A stretch of 61,939 nt of DNA, filler included, from Sphacelaria rigidula (taxonomy: Eukaryota), in assembly GCA_964200075.2 (NCBI GenBank). It is 6 parts of 6 records of this genome, joined end to end, with 100 filler letters (N's around TTAATTAATTAA, not from the genome) between each part and the next. Parts side by side here need not be neighbours in the genome. Positions count along the whole stretch, not along the records: positions 41,363 to 51,601 come from CAXNAA020006873.1; positions 51,702 to 61,939 come from CAXNAA020006874.1; 4 more parts are not named here. The stretch is one strand, 5' to 3'. A program made the translations under genes and the position numbers. Shown here piece after piece: positions 45,501-58,362 of this stretch. The notes under the pieces are model-generated. The model ran no database searches. It worked only from the letters and a program-made list of their open reading frames with translations, and had not been told where the DNA came from. Each line of letters opens with the position of its first letter. Positions within the stretch are counted from its first letter, which is position 1.

Positions 45501-48500
45501 CGCTCGTGTTTGGGTGAAAGCGGTGTCGGGCAGTATTAATGAGTGTTTCTATTCTGCATTAAGCGATTTCGATCATTTTTTGCTGCTTTTGCCGATGATA
45601 GTACGTGTGATTATCGTGAAGAAAATGACCCTCCCCCCCCCCCCATGACCCCCCCATGACCCCCCCGGTCACTCGGGGACTGGTTGCGGGAGGGGGGGCG
45701 CAGGGTGTGTATAAGGCAGCGTCGTTTTATCCGTGAATGCATTCGCTCATGCTTCAGTATGGAGGCGTCCACCAAAAATTGACTTTGGACTTCAGAAGAC
45801 CGAATGACTTGGGCTTAGTGTATATCATGGTACTCCTGATCTCTTGAGCGAACATGACCAGTATTCATCCCTTGAATACCGTGTGGCCGGTATAAAAAGT
45901 AAGTGAGTTGAGACCACAGAGCCTTCACGTAATGTGCAAGTGCGCCTACTTACGAATTTCTTGAGTATAGTTTGAGACCGCTCCTCACTTGGATCAAGCA
46001 TGGTCGGTGTCAACCAATTGATCGTATTATCGTGACTCTCTACTCGAGACAATAGCCACACTACATTACTTCAGGGTACACGGACTTCATAACGTGTGGT
46101 TGTGTACCTCTTGATATATTCCTTGAGTTTAGGGTAAAACCATTATTTTGTTGAATAAATTACTGCCTTTATTGAAATCGTGACTACAACATAGTCACTC
46201 TGCATCGAAGACCACAATCAAACTCTCGTCTATTTATTGATAATACTACAGTGCCCACCTTGCGACATGGACCAGGTAGGATGAGTATCACTTTTAGCCG
46301 CGGAGTTTCAACATCTTAATATCGCTACTGCGCAGTAATAACCAAAGATAATCGGTGTAAAGCACCCGATATAGGCTACCGCCAGGGAATAAGGTACTGT
46401 TTATGAACATCTCCATGGCTATGCATTACGTGCCAACTCGCCGCCGCCGCTTGATGGTGCAGAAGGAACTGCCATTGCCTTAGGATCAGCGTGGAAAAAA
46501 TACAGTACTGTAGCTTTCGACACTGCACACTCGTGGGGTGTGCGGCGTTGGAATACTGTGTGATCTTGAAGTACTGTACAGCGCTAAAACACTATACAGT
46601 GCAACGGCATTGTTTATTAGTAAAACGTCGTGCGCAAGTGTGCTAGTCATGGGTACTGTCGACTGCGCAGGGTGACTGCACTGTGTTGGCGCCCTGCAAG
46701 CACATTTTAGGCTACCATAGAGGGTGTCGTGCGGGTAGGGGACATGGGCTTTCATCCACCCGTGGACAGATAGCACCTCGTGGGGCGTACTGTGCAGGGT
46801 CCGTATAGAGTCCTCCACAGTCTTTGTGAAAAAACCTTGCAGTGAAAATCCAAATCTGTACCCCTCGTAGCGTTTTGATAGGGTTTCTCTCAGGGTTGGG
46901 TTTAGAGCCCTGTGTAGGCTTATCGGCAAAGTCCTGCACAGTCATATGGTAGTGTTTTGGTAAAAAAACCCTGACTTTTATTTTTCTTGAAAATTCCAAA
47001 TATTTTGGTACAAAATCTGTAAATTCGTATATTTTCAATAGCTTGTCCTCCTGTCCAAGGTATATTCCTCCTCTCACCCGATTCGAACAGGGCAAAAATA
47101 TTTATTTTGGACAGCAGGACAAGCTATTCAAAACAGATCCTTTTCTCGCCCAATATTTTTCGGCACAAAAAAAACATTTATTTCGAGCAGCAGAAGAGGC
47201 TGTTCAAAATCGATATTTTCTTCGTCCATTTCTGAAATGAGCGAAAAAAGGATCTATTTCGAACAGGTTCTTCTGCTGCGCAAATCCCATACACACTGGC
47301 AGATTTGGAATTTGAACAGCAGAAGAAGCTCGAAATAAATCTTCACTTCGCCCTCCGATTCATCCGGAGATTGGGGGGAAAGAGAATTTTTGCGAGTAGC
47401 GTCAGCTGCTGGGCAAATCCCGCATACTGCACCATTATCAGCATATGGGATCCGACAAGCAGAAAAAAACTGTTGAAACTAATTAATCCTCTTGCCCCCC
47501 GGTCTATGCACATGGGCGAAAGGATGAATATTTCTCAACAGCTTTTGCTGAATGGAGATCCGACACACTGGTTACGATCGAGTGTATGTCCACACGCCTA
47601 CGAGTTTAGATACGACGCTTCCGCTCAAGACGTGGATACTGAGATGACGGTATATACCTCGCACATGACTGTACATTGCTTTTGAAAAGTCCGTTGTCCG
47701 CAGTCTACCAAAATCACTCAACCGAGTATGCTTTTGTTTAGAGAGGCTTTTGCTTGATAGTTATAAGAAGCACAAAATAATGTCGTGGTAAGCAACAAAT
47801 CAGGTAGCTCAATGTACAACCTGACGCCCTCCCGAGCACAAAAACGTGAGTTCAATTCTCACTCCTGCCACTCCTCGAAAGTTTGTTTCTGCCAGTACCA
47901 TGCCCATGCCGTATGGAGTGTATTGTATGCGTGCTATAAAGGCTGCACAGCATATTAATAGCGATGAATTCTACACGGAGAGACGAAACCCTGTGCAGCG
48001 CCCTGTGTGACATAAAATAATAGCCTACCGTCAAATCCCCGCGAGAAACCCTGCACAGTTTCCCTGGATCCTGTGAAGCGTCCTGTGGGGCGACAAAAAA
48101 AAACTATGGCCAGATCCCCGCGAGAAACACTGCACAGTTTCCCTGAACCCTGTAGACGTGCCCCACAGGGTGCTATTTGTCCACGTGTGCATGACCACTG
48201 TAGAGAAACCCTGTGGAGCGTCCTGTGCTACGCTAGAAAACATTGCATAGTGAAATTCCCGCCACAAACACTGCGCAGGACGCGTAAACCCTGTAGACCC
48301 CCTCCACGGGGTGCTATCTGTCCACGTGTGTCTTACCTCCAATCCGTACTGCACCGCGTAAAAGCGGTAGGATACCGTAGCCGAGGCACATGCAGCGTAG
48401 CATACCTGCGGTAATTTCGCCAGTAGCACGTAGCTGGGTCAGTCGTCTGGGATTATCCAAATGCGTCTATATGTGTTCAGAAAAAGCTGCAAGCGGCTTG

Positions 48501-51334
48501 AGTAAAAGTGTGGCTGAGACGCAATCGATGGCGAGCTTTATGCAAGGCGATACGGAAGACTTTCGCGAACGAAAAGGAGCACGTCTGACCTACTTCATTA
48601 GCTGCAAGATCTATCACTATCCACCTCCTTCAACCTCAGGGGAGGAGAATCCTGGACCATTTGTTCCATATACCAAGGGGGTGAAATCGTCGCCCACTCA
48701 CATCCGGGGTCATCATACTGCTGGAGCTCTGCCGAACCAAAACTCGTTCTTCCCTCGTGTCCCTGAAACATCCCAGGGACCCAGGAAGTGCCGGCCCAGT
48801 AGGCTCCAGGGTAGTCGGCGCGGGAGTCGGCGCGATAGGAACGTCGTACACGTTGAACGCGTATACGCCACCGCACGTGACCGAGGAATCTCCAGCGCAG
48901 AGGACATCGCACGTGGATGGACCGTTGATACCGTAATCGGTACCGCTTGCTCCGCACCAGCACTGTATGATACACGGCGGGTTGGGCAGATTACACCGTA
49001 ATTCGCGCAACGCAGTCGATGTTTGAAAACTCGCCACCCAATGCAGCAGCGGGTTGGGGACAACGGAAGAGCAACGCTACGACAGGGACTGCTACTTTTT
49101 GTTTCTGGGTTTCATTTTTGTAAGAACCCAAACGTATGAAGCTTACTGCGCAACCCAAATCTCCAGGAACCGGACATGGAGATGCACGCAGGAGCCGTTT
49201 TGTGAATCGGCATCGTTCTCAGTCTTTGTCAAGTAAAAATGATGCCGATTCTCGAAATGACCCGTCTAACACCCCGAGAAAACGTTTCGCTGAAAAAGTG
49301 AAACCCCTAGCTTAGCGTCACTCGGAAAAACTTCACGGAATATGCGAACAATAAGTCAGTCGCTCCCGACCAGCACGTTGGTGATACTATATCTACGTGT
49401 TGGCATGGTCTTACCTACCCCTAATGTACAGCGTGTCGGGTTTTTTGTCTCACTGCAAACCCTTCCCTATCCTCGGGACGAGCCCGTGGTCTCGAGAACT
49501 GAGCCATATCTCCTCGGTACACCTTTTGTAATTCGGTGTCGCGGGTTGAGTAAGCACTCGCGACGCACGTCAACTCTCATAAACATACTCAGTTTATTAT
49601 TTGTTTTTAACTTACGTAATCATGCTTTCTACATGGTTCAGTTTTGTTGTGTCTTGTGCACGTCTATCATGCGACCACGGCTGGATCCCTGGGGGTCAGT
49701 CAAAGTGCGACAACTAGTCAAAAAGAAACTGGGTAAAGTACTTGGATAAAACAAACAACACGTGGTGAATCGAACCGACGTTCTCTCCACCCTGGGGGTG
49801 ACAATATGGCCAGTACACCACTAGGGTTCGGCGACTGTTGCCTACATTATCTCAATCTTGACTGTAACACACCTTATAGACAGCAAGCACGAGTAGAATG
49901 ACCATAAAAACGCGACAACATTCAGCTGTTCATTCTCACCTCCTTTCCGTACTGTGTCGCGTAAAAGGAGTATTTGGAGCAGTGGGCTGCACACACCTGT
50001 CAAGGGAACATCAAACGCTTCGGATTAGTTTTCCCAGGGCAGTGTACCAGTTCTCTACAAATGATCTTCGACAGGGTAAGCTGCCGCAATGCCATCGTGG
50101 TGGCGGGGTGATGACCTCGTGCTTTTAGGCGGGCAGTGGTTGTTTTACCTGCACATCAAAGCCATTACCTGTCAAAATCGTTGCTCCGCAAAACGAACAG
50201 TATACGTCTATCGTCTTGCCAACTACCCACGCTCACCAGTGGTGTCATGTTGTCGCTGCTCAGCCTATCGGTGAAGACACGGGAATTCCTTACGTCCTTG
50301 TAGCATCCAAGAGACTCTGGGTACAGAGTCGGTGCCGGCGTTGGTGCCAGTGTCGGTACCGATTTTGGCACGATGAACAAAGTGTAAGCGTAGTAACCAC
50401 CACAAATGTCCGAAGAATCTCCGGCGCAGGGGATATCGCACGTAGATTTGCCGTTGACTGCAAAATCGGTACTCTCATCGCCGCACCAGCACTGAATGGC
50501 GCACGGCGTAGTATGGAAGAGTCGAGTGAAAACCGCACAACGCACAAATGCAATGAACGGACACTGTGAGCATACGTATGGCAAACTCGCTGCCCTGTGA
50601 GCCATCTGTACGAGTGATCAACTGCCTTCGATGTACATCGACTGCAAGATTCCGGCTTCCAATCAAACCCACCGAGAAGACGAGCTTCAGGTGATGGGGG
50701 TGAGACACAAGTCGGAATACCGTCGTGAGTCGCGTGCTCACCTCCGTTCCGTACTGTAAGGCGAAGTAGAAGTAGTCGGAGCAGTGGGCGGCGCATACCT
50801 GTGATAGGAAATCCAAGATACATTTGGGTTGGGGGTACACTGTCACTTGCAGTCTACGCTTGCATATATATCTCCAAGAAGTGATCCCTAAGGGCAAGAG
50901 GTACGGCGAGGTTGCAAAGCATTCGCTCGCATGTTCGACAAAGGAACCAGTATTTCATAAGGCCTCGTTCAAGTGGCGCGTGATGAGCTCACGTCCACGT
51001 CACCATCTTGTGAACTGTGCAATAAATCACACATCTTTGATTCTATGCAATATCGAAGACACTCTCGTACCTCATACGTCATTTCGACGCTGGTCAACAT
51101 GCTGGTCAGCACGCGATCTTCCTTCCTGTCCCTGTAGCACCCAACGTTACCGTACAGGGTCGGTGCCGGTGTGGATGCCGGTGTGGGTGCCGAGGTCGGT
51201 ACTAGTGGTGCGTAGTACAACTGGAAGGCGTAGTATCCACCGCACGTAGTTGAATTATCACCGGAGCACGCAACTGTGCATGATGAGGACGTACCGTGCT
51301 TGTCAAAGTCGGTACCAGCCGCTCCACACCAGCA
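42567..51334 (-). CDS. Multi-WSC-domain protein, partial spliced gene; exons 51334-51071, 50798-50742, 50491-50237, 49996-49940, 48962-48702, 48405-48337, 44169-43729 and tentatively 42806-42567
   Basis: Repeated GC[YF].D...RV...MT..|VC...C...Y.[FY][YF]A.QYG.E|CWC[GA]...C...C.G[DN]....CGG..A WSC pattern with PTPAPT linkers; every exon length is a multiple of 3 with GT-AG borders. Confidence 0.9.
46757..48330. mobile_element. Non-autonomous CAC-ended (CMC/EnSpm-like) DNA transposon in a WSC intron
   Basis: TIRs CACCCGTGGACAGATAGCACC / GGTGCTATCTGTCCACGTGTG; 2-bp TSD TC; AAACCCTG subterminal repeats; extra right end at ~48189. Confidence 0.75.
49440..49830 (-). mobile_element. SINE family A copy with a nested repeat (~49640-49750, similar to ~2645-2710)
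   Basis: Similarity to 39770-40072; B-box remnant GGTTCGATTC on the minus strand. Confidence 0.55.
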
Positions 51335-51601
51335 CTACGTCATGAATGGCGTGCAAGTGAGAAAACAACATCAGCGTGGAATGCAGGGGGTACTTTTGGG
51401 ATATCCGAAGACGTGAGAACGGTAGCTTATTATTTGAGTAGATAGGGTTTTCAACAAATCGCGTGAAGAGATCATCATTGTGAGTAGAAATATAATTATA
51501 CAGTATCTCAGAATACAAATCTCGATTGTATGGGGGGGGGGGGGGGGGGGTTATTTTTTTTTTCCGGGACCGATGGTGGGAAGGTAGCACACACCCTCTT
51601 T

Positions 51602-51701
51602 NNNNNNNNNNNNNNNNNNNNNNNNNNNNNNNNNNNNNNNNNNNNTTAATTAATTAANNNNNNNNNNNNNNNNNNNNNNNNNNNNNNNNNNNNNNNNNNN
51701 N
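51602..51701. other. Artificial contig spacer
   Basis: N44-TTAATTAATTAA-N44. Confidence 0.97.
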
Positions 51702-51904
51702 ATGTGATCTATTGTCCAAGGTGTAAATTTTATTTCCGAATATGGAGCGGATGCCTTCTGTTGCATCTCCCGACAACACAACACAACACACACCGCTTAT
51801 CACAGTGAACGCTTGATCCATGAGTTTGGAGATCGGGAGATGCAACAGTAGGCATCCGCTCCATATTCGGAAATAAAATTTACACCTTGGACAATAGATC
51901 ACAT
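51702..51904. repeat. Inverted repeat with ~72-bp arms at the contig start
   Basis: 51702-51773 pairs with 51832-51904 almost perfectly. Confidence 0.85.
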
Positions 51905-52704
51905 TGTCAATAATGTACTGCGTACAGTATGCAATGTATTGTCTATTGCAATAGACGCTAAAGTCTATACTGTACGCAGGACACTTGTTGACAATGTCAT
52001 CCGTCGTCCAGGGTGTGCCAAAATCATCTCTACACCCAATGTTGTACGACTTACGCGTTGAAGTGACAGGGATTGTACGAGTTACTTACGGGTTGAATTG
52101 ACGGGGGGTGATGTTGACATTTTTTGGTCCAAAACACATTTCTTTTCGGCCGTAGCGTCATTGATTCGTATCGTATGAATCAATCCTGAGACTTTGTTGA
52201 CAGCGTTGCAACCCAGGTACGCGCAGCCCAGGCACGTGGAATGGCGCAAAAAATGCGGTGGAGACCTTCTTGATCAGCGGTCAACTTTTTTTCCCTCTTT
52301 TGAGGAAATCGGCCTCAAAAGTCATGGATTTGGTGGTTCGAACCGGCGATGATTCGTCCGAACGTTGAAAACTATCATTTCCGAAAGAAACGAGCTCGAA
52401 CAGCTGAACACGGCGAGTACTGCATTACAATCACGCCCGAAAACCTCGCGCTTCGAGTCGAAGAGTATGACAACATAGCATAGGGTTTGTACTTGGTTCC
52501 GTTCCGAATATCCCATACTAAAACGTATATTAATTAAAATATGAGAAAAAGAGCTCTGACCAGTGATCTCGGGGAGTCGAGAAGTCAGAACCTGAAAAAT
52601 GTACGGGGCTTGCGCAGTACGAGTAGCCGTGATGGGGCCTACTATGCATACTTCATACGTTTCATATACGAGCTGGGCCAGCCGAGAAGCGAATTTGTAG
52701 TTTG

Positions 52705-52970
52705 CGGGCCCATTGTAGGGCCAATATTTAGAGTTGGGCCCTGAAATTTGGTATGGACAATGAATAGGGCGTAATAAAAACAAAAACCAGTGCACACAAG
52801 GTTTTTTTATTCATGAGTAAGGGGCATTTTACTGATACCTGAAATCTGGTTATTACCCTTAACTCATGAAAAAAATCTTGTGAGCATTGATAATTGTGTT
52901 CATTATGCCCTCTTCATTCCCCATACCAAGTTTCAGGGTCCAACTCTAAGTATAGGCCGTACAATGAGCC
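52705..52970. repeat. Imperfect foldback / MITE
   Basis: CCCTGAAATTTGGTATGG vs CCATACCAAGTTTCAGGG; TTCATGAGTAAGGG vs CCCTTAACTCATGAA. Confidence 0.65.
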
Positions 52971-54081
52971 GTGTAGTGACGGGGTCAGAAGAAATTCGGA
53001 ACAGTATTTTGCAGGCAACTTACCGGCCCACGTCTGGTGTTTATGTATTGAAACTTTGTGTGGGCCGTGGCTACGGTATACTTGACGAAACGAGGTAGGC
53101 CAGGTTGATTTTATTTATTTTTTCACTGGTTTAGGGCGTTCTAGTATAGAAACCGCCATTTTGGTACGAGAACGCCCGAACCGCTCCAAAAAAAAACTGA
53201 GGGCCATTTTTTATATATATTCAGCATACCTCTGTGGTTCTTTATCCTGAGTTTCAAATTACACTTCTAAAAATTGAGCTAAAAAATGAGAGAAGGCCCA
53301 AAAGCAGTGGTCATCTCTCCTCAAAACTGCCCCAAATACCCGAAAAAAATGGGGAAAAAACGAAAAAAGTAGGAAAAAAACTGTGTTTGTAGGCTTTATT
53401 ATGCACTAGCAGTTTTCCATACCAAATTTCATGTCATAACTCTCAAAAACTGATCCGCAATATCCAGGTTTAGTTAATCTAGTGCATCTGCTCGTGATTT
53501 ACTGATTTTAATATGTGAACTTATGTGCGCCATGTCTCGAGATAAATTACGAATCAGGTGAAGGTGAGGGTATCTATCGTCTCCCCGTGCTCCAGGGAAT
53601 GTCCACACAACGTTCGTCATCATCCGCTGAATGCATCGATCGGGGCTTTCATAAAGATTTTAGTATGGACGCTATCTCCGTTAGGTAGAGGGATTACTAG
53701 ACATGGGGTATAATCAACGAGAAAATATGGACCCAAACTTTTGAGCAGATGGGCACCTTCCCCTTGGTTACACGATTAGTACATCATGGCCCAACTCGTT
53801 CGTGTCGACAAGATATGGCTTTTAGAGCTTGAATCCGTGTCTAGGCTGACCCAGCTCGTAGAATTCCGAGATCACCGGGTCATGGATGATGACGAATAAC
53901 GAGCAAAGTCTACGCTATACTATATTGCCATACCCTTTGCTTCGAGTGCAGTCGCCCCAACCTACTGTCGAGCGAGCCGCACGACCGTGGCCCTGTCTCC
54001 TGCTACTCTAGTATGATAGATTATCCTCCAGTAATACCCTCGTAGACGGCGCTTAATGGTGCTGTAAGAGCTATTAACACT

Positions 54082-54487
54082 GGATTCTAGAAAATGAGGT
54101 TAAAAAAAAATGAGGTCCAACTCAAAAGCCGTGCTTTCCCTGACCTAAATTCATGGCAAATGGCTTTCATACGGACGACCTAATCCCTCCCGATCTCCCT
54201 AAAATTATTTCGGGGGGTTCTGGCCTTCCGTTCCCCCGAAGAGAGTGTGCAAAAGCACACTTTTGCCTCGATTTCGGGGTGAAAAAACGATGTTTTTTGG
54301 CCCAAAAATCGTGCTTTCGCACATACCCTTTGGGGGAACGGAAGGCTAGAAATTCCCCGAAATAGTTTTAGGGAGCTCGGGAGGGATTAGGTCGTCCGTA
54401 TGAAAGCCTATTGTCATGAATTCAAGTCAGGGAAAGCACGGCTTTTGAGTTGAACCTCATGTTTTTCAACCCCTTTTTCCAGAATCG
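54082..54487. mobile_element. Foldback MITE (~185-bp arms)
   Basis: Arms pair along most of their length; ACT on both flanks (possible 3-bp TSD). Confidence 0.75.
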
Positions 54488-55681
54488 ACTGTTTATTCAA
54501 TATCGTTTCATTTTCTCCATGACCCATTTTGTCGCCCCCTTTTTTGCAGCACTCTGCATCCTCTAGGGCGCATAGGAGGCGACGTACAGGCGATGTGCGA
54601 TGTCGAGGCAGTCGGCCGAATCCGAATGAAAGCCCCGAAGCTGTGGAGCTCGTCTCCGGCGTACGGCGGATATCCACGGGACCCATGACAAGATCTGGAG
54701 CATTAAGATGTCAGTTTGGGGGAGATTGTTGTGTTCTACATGAGGTTTTCGAAGAGTTCGCGCTGTGGCGTCCATTCCTGGCAATTTTTGATTCCAGAGC
54801 TTTTTCGCAAATTGCCCTCATGCCTACCGTCGTGGGAGGATGGTATGTACAGGGGAGGGGCTGTCATGTACAGTAGGCTGATACGTACAGTGGGCTCTTT
54901 CGACCAAAATTCTATTTCGTCGGTGGATCAATTTCCCCCAGATATCTTGACGGGGGTCACGGCGGCGGCTATATCCACTTCAGCGGCGTCGCGCCCCTCC
55001 CTGGCTCTGGAGAGCGATGAATTCGAGGAGACGTTCGACGAGAATGTAATCGGGATTGAACTTCAGGACGTGAGTGAGGCAACTGGAACATACACAAACA
55101 CACCGCGTGCTTGATAAATTGCCCGCCTGTAGTACTCGCAGATGTGAAGCCGGAGTATAGCGATCGATCACCGCCGCTGATGTCTATACGAAGCACGAGT
55201 TAAGAGATCCTGTGTATACATACTACATACAATGCATGTATACACGTCCTTCGTTCGCAACTGTAGGATACGCAAAGTCACGGACTTGAAGATGCTCTCA
55301 TGACTGTCACTACCTTGTTGGCATCAAAGCCGCGACGGCATGATATGACGAACTTCTCGCGAGCAGTTTCGTTCCTCTCGTGAGGGATGACGTTGCTGTT
55401 GGCAATGCTGTCGTCGCTCGGCGTCGACACCCGATGCGCTCCGGCTGCGATTATGGTGAGCGAGCGAAGCGAACGGAGGTAAATTCGCCGAATTTCTTCA
55501 AGTTGCATGGCGTGAGAAAAGTATTGCTCCTTTTGAAGGATTTCATATCGATGTGCGCCGTCATAATCTACCCTCGTAGCTACAGCGTCCTGCCATGGAG
55601 AGCACTGGTGCCGTGCATTACGCACGGGTATGGACACAACTGTTTCAGTGAGTATATCGACGTGTAACGGTGTACTCTTCA

Positions 55682-56898
55682 CACTCTAGACAACGGACAC
55701 GATAATAGTCCATTGCTTCAGCAATAGACACGGGGAAAAATATGTCGATATTTAATATCGAACACGATAGATGGTAAAACACATATTTTGATATGTATTA
55801 CAAGGAACAATAGATGTTGCAATAGTCGATCGATAGTTGGGGCAATTACAATAGATGAAGAACACTCGCCATCGATGGACATCGTGTACCGCGATAGATT
55901 CTGGGATGTACGTATCGCTAGTCATTGCCGTATCAATAGGTTTGGTGAGCCATCCATCTATAGTCATTACTGTTATCAATAGATTTGGCGAGCCATCCAT
56001 CGATAGTCATCTCCGTCATCAATAGATTAGGTGAGCCATCTATCAATGCCTATGACCGTCATCAATAGGTTTGGTGAGACATCCATCTAAAGTCATTACT
56101 GTTATCAATAGATTTGGCGAGCCATCCATCGATAGTCATCTCCGTCATCAATCGATTAGGTGAGCCATCTATCAATACCTATGACCGTCATCAATAGGTT
56201 TGGTGAGCCGTCTACTGGTGGCCTCTGCCGCCAACAATGCATTTTTTGGTATCTACCAATATGGGCATTGCCATCAACGACCGATTGTCCTCGGGAGCAC
56301 CCATCAATAGCCAGTGACGCCAACGGTAGCTTTTGAAAAATAGATTGCTCACTGCAGTGGTCTTGTGACAACAACGGCAATACCCCTTACACATGAACAC
56401 GCAACGACCTGAGGCGATAGCTGGCCATAGCCTCTGTGGAATAAGGCGGAAACATACATCGAAATATGTGAAAACATAGTGTTGGTGATTGACGCGATTT
56501 AGATTACGTTGTGACCAGCGGTAGACATTGGTGGCCGCGATTCAGATTCTATTGTGACCCTCAATAGACATTGGTGGGCGCAAGGATAGATCCTATTGTG
56601 ACCAACAATATGTATTGCTGGCTGCGTGGCAGATTCTGTTGTGATTGGCAATAAACATTGGTGGCCACAATTCAGAGCCTATTGCAACAAATGAAATGTA
56701 TCGATAGACATCTCGGCCCCTCCCTTATCACGGCAATGATACATTCTGTCCCTTGTCCAGAACCTATTGTCGCCTACAATAGCTATCGATAGACATTGAT
56801 ACCAGTCGATTATGACTGACAATGAACATTGGCAGTCAAATTTTCGAGGCTATTTCAGCGCCAATGTTCTATTACATTGTCTATATATGTCCAGGGTA
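55682..56898. mobile_element. CAC-ended non-autonomous element with two 43-bp-period arrays
   Basis: CACTCTAGACAA ... TGTCCAGGGT ends; left end homologous to 57190; arrays at 55932-56213 and 56501-56690. Confidence 0.6.
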
Positions 56899-57189
56899 TG
56901 AGCACATCTCACCCACACACTAAAGCACTGTGAGCGCTCATGTCCATCAGAGGGACAACCATAAGTACCAACACCACACCAATAAAAAAGTTGTGAACGT
57001 TTGTCCACACATATCAGATGCCTACAAAATTCAAGCGTTCCAAAATTGTAGAAACGTGATGTCATGTATTCACAAGTAGTATCATTTTATACCCACTGTA
57101 TGTCCACCTGCGGCTTCTCTACCGTAGCATAACGGAGTATAATATGCTCTGTACGTAGTATGTTGCAATGTAGGTGTGCCAATAGACCA

Positions 57190-57832
57190 CACCCTGGACA
57201 ACAGACATGATAATGGTCTATTGCTGCACAAATAGCCACGGTGATGATCATATTGATATCTATTGTGGAGAGCAATGACTGCAACATATATTTGGCCATA
57301 TCCATTGCTGGAAACAATGTACTGGGTGATGCTCTCATCGATATATATCTTTACTGGCAATAATGTGTGTGAAATATTACACCGATGGGCACTTGTCGGT
57401 AACGATAAATTTTGGTTCATGCCACGGATACACATGCATGGAAATGGACGATGAAAAATTCTATCAATACATATGGTCCTTCGCCATAGATTCCGCAAAA
57501 TTCCATCGATATAAATGGTCTGTGACGATGAATTGTCGAAACGTTCCATCGATATACATGGCCAACGGCAATAGATTTTTGCATTATCCACCGATAGACA
57601 CGGCCGGTAGCGATAGACTTTGGACTTTTCCATCGATATGCATGGTTCATGCCAATGATTTCATGGGGTTCCATCATTGTACATTGCGGTAGACGACAAC
57701 ATGCGAAAAAATCGGACACGGTAGTCAATTTCCTTCATAATCCATGCGGACCGGGACTGATTTCAAGTTGTGGCGATTGATGGCATCGGCAATGGGCCAA
57801 CATATATTTGTTATCCATCGCCGTTCCCAGGG
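57190..57832. mobile_element. Related CAC-ended element with a 42-43-bp array
   Basis: CACCCTGGACAACAGACATGATAAT left end; repeated CCATCGATAT units at ~57460-57645. Confidence 0.5.
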
Positions 57833-57999
57833 ACGACAAGCCGTCTAGTGCTACGGAAATTCATCGATATCCAGTGTGTGTTAAACCAAAGACACTTGTC
57901 GCAGGGGCACTCTTCATTACAACCTGTTTTTGAACAACCGTCACGTTATCAGCACACCATCACTTCACTATAGTATATGTCACCTTGTGTTGTACCCCA

Positions 58000-58290
58000 A
58001 CTTTACTCCTTGTCATGGTTCGAACCTCTCCCCTTCTGCGTGACCAGACCGGTCTCAAGGGATCAACCCACTTCCCCCCGTTACACCTTGCATGTTGATC
58101 CTGCGTATTGGGTCAGCACTTCCACCCCGCGTCAACTGTCGTCAAACAAACTCAGTCAACTACTCTGTTTTCTCATGTTCTCACGCTTTTCACGGTGGAA
58201 ATGAATAATTTTAGAGAAGCTCAACGCATCGGAATTCCAACACTCGTCATCAGCACCCTAATGGTGGCCACTGGACCGCCAGGGCGCGAC
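58000..58290 (-). mobile_element. tRNA-derived SINE family A
   Basis: Similarity to 39770-40072; minus-strand head GTCGCGCCCTGGCGGTCCAGTGG. Confidence 0.65.
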
Positions 58291-58362
58291 ACCCCTAGTT
58301 TCCCATTCGAAATAGTAATGAACCCTCGCACTGCACGTTTGGATCAGACGAAGTCCAAGAAG

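Noticed and set aside
54876..55070. Possible plus-strand exon (…ESDEFEETFDENVIGIELQD|gtgagt)
   Set aside because: Has a good donor but no identifiable product or partner exons.
55932..56213. CRISPR-like repeat-spacer array
   Set aside because: The variable parts recur every third unit and resemble each other; it is a minisatellite in eukaryotic DNA.
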